A stretch of DNA of 63,105 bases, the filler included, from Reclinomonas americana ATCC 50394 (taxonomy: Eukaryota), in assembly GCA_048213135.1 (NCBI GenBank). It is 6 parts of 3 records of this genome, joined end to end, with 100 filler letters (N's around TTAATTAATTAA, not from the genome) between each part and the next. Parts side by side here need not be neighbours in the genome. Positions count along the whole stretch, not along the records: positions 61,714 to 63,105 come from PS015040.1; 5 more parts are not named here. The stretch is one strand, 5' to 3'. The notes below the pieces were generated by a model. It had not been told where the DNA came from. It saw nothing but the letters and a program-made list of their open reading frames with translations, and did not search any database. Position 1 is the first letter of the stretch; each line of letters begins with the position of its first letter. A program made the translations under genes and the position numbers. Shown in pieces: positions 61,714 to 63,105 of the stretch.

Positions 61714-63105
61714 GGGAGTGCGCCAAGCAAGTCGTATGGTGGCGGTGCAGGTGGCAGTGGTAGTGGTGCACCGAGGGGCGAGGGAGACGGAGGGAACAAG
61801 CGATCGTGGAACGATCCGGCGTTTGATCAGCTGGTCAGCACACTGATACGGTGCGACAGACAACTCGCCAGTCGTGTGGAAGTTTGTGTTGACGGTGTTT
61901 CCGGCAATGCAGGTACGATCCGCAGTCGTCGACGCTGGATATGTCGGCCAGTTGCGTGTTTGTCTTGGCAGTGCTCCTTGAGTTGTCTTTGCGCGCGCAT
62001 GCTCACTTGCAACGCAGTCACCCGCTCCGGCGATCTGGCGCTCTATCGATTGAACATTAACACGGCGGGTCACGCCGGGCGACTCTTCCGTGCCGTGCAG
62101 CACAACTTTGCCAAGCAGCCCGTGATCACCGTGCTGCTGGACGAGAACGAGTTTCGCCGCCTGTTGCTTCTCTCTCTGTTGCCGTGGCTGAGCAGTGTTG
62201 TCTCTCGTCGACAGGATCAGCGATGTTGGTCTGGCCGGCGTGGCCTCGGCGCTGATCGAGTTCTTCCCGCCCTTTCCCAATCTCTCGCTGTGTCGCAACC
62301 TGATTCACGATCCCAACTCGCTGTGCGTGCTGACGCCGCTGGCCGTTCGCCAGTTGCTGCTGCTCGACAATCCCATCGCACGTCTCGGCCAAGCCGACAT
62401 GCGGCGGTACCAACTGTGCGTGATCTTCGATCTCCTTTGTCACTGTGCATTTGTAGTAACCAGGATGTTTCTCTGCGCAGCGAGGTCGCCAGTCGACTGC
62501 GCGGTCTGCGCAGCTTGGATGGTGTCGATCTAGAGCCGATGGTGAACTTTGGTTCGGGGATTGTGGCGCACAAGTTGCACCCGGTGCCGTCGCCCACGCA
62601 GACGTTCTTCGATCCACCCGAAATTGGCGAGCACATTGTATCGTTTCTGCAGACGTTGCGTGCTGTCGATGCCTGTCCTGACATTGCCGTGATGCAGACT
62701 CTCTCTCTGCTCGCAGATATTTCGAGTTGTACGACAAGGACCGGAGGCGGCTGATCAACTTGTACAGTGAGAACGCCCTGTTCTCGGTGACCACCGATCT
62801 GGAATTGAAGCAGTTGCAGCCGGACAGCAACGGACGGCGGCGGTGGAAGAGCCGACCGCCGACCGCAGCCGCTCCAAGCGATTTCACCGTGGTCCCTTTC
62901 CGCGCACTGTCGCGCAACCTGCTGGATTGTGGCGATCCACGTTGCGTTGTCGTGGGTGGTGAGGAGAAGAGGTGTGAGTGACTGACGGCAGCAAGTTGCA
63001 GTGGGAACACTGTACAAGGGCCAGTTTTCCATCATGCAGGCGCTGCTGGAGGCGGTGCCGTCGCCGTGTCGCTCGGTGGTGTTTGAGGTAGGTGGAGGAG
63101 AAGGG
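61714..63105 (+). CDS. NXF1: Nuclear RNA export factor NXF1/TAP/Mex67 (LRR + NTF2-like), both ends missing
   Basis: Gly/Arg-rich start, then RYDPQSSTLDMSA, LRRs (LLDENEISDVGL, NLSLCRNLI, QLLLLDNPI), LRSLDG, and NTF2-like FLQTYFELYDKDRRRLINLYSENALFSV…LSRNLL. Confidence 0.8.

Overview
This is eukaryotic (protist-like), GC-rich, intron-dense nuclear DNA from a gappy draft assembly. It has N-gaps, five N-TTAATTAATTAA-N linkers and pyrosequencing-type TACG noise at contig ends. About 24 spliced or partial protein-coding genes can be built by hand. They include two atypical CMGC/MAPK-like kinases, a WD40 protein, three divergent actin paralogues, AK6/Fap7, mitochondrial-type CysRS, a GT61 glycosyltransferase, LplA, an ankyrin protein, an S28 peptidase, a quasi-RRM protein, a DUF1232 protein, RPAC2, HslV (plus a decayed copy), an NTPase-like intronless ORF and NXF1/Mex67. 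The main observation is a second, abundant class of 5' splice site. About 27 of roughly 95 introns I could place begin GTT-N-(C/A)-G-(T), mostly GTTGCGT. This is the genome's normal donor (GTGCGT/GTGAGT) shifted by one extra T, and none of these 27 has G as the last exon base. Actin paralogues show the two donor classes interchanging at the same intron. Many long introns also have a purine-repeat 5' end and a complementary pyrimidine-repeat 3' end. All gene models come from manual reading, with no RNA data or database searches.
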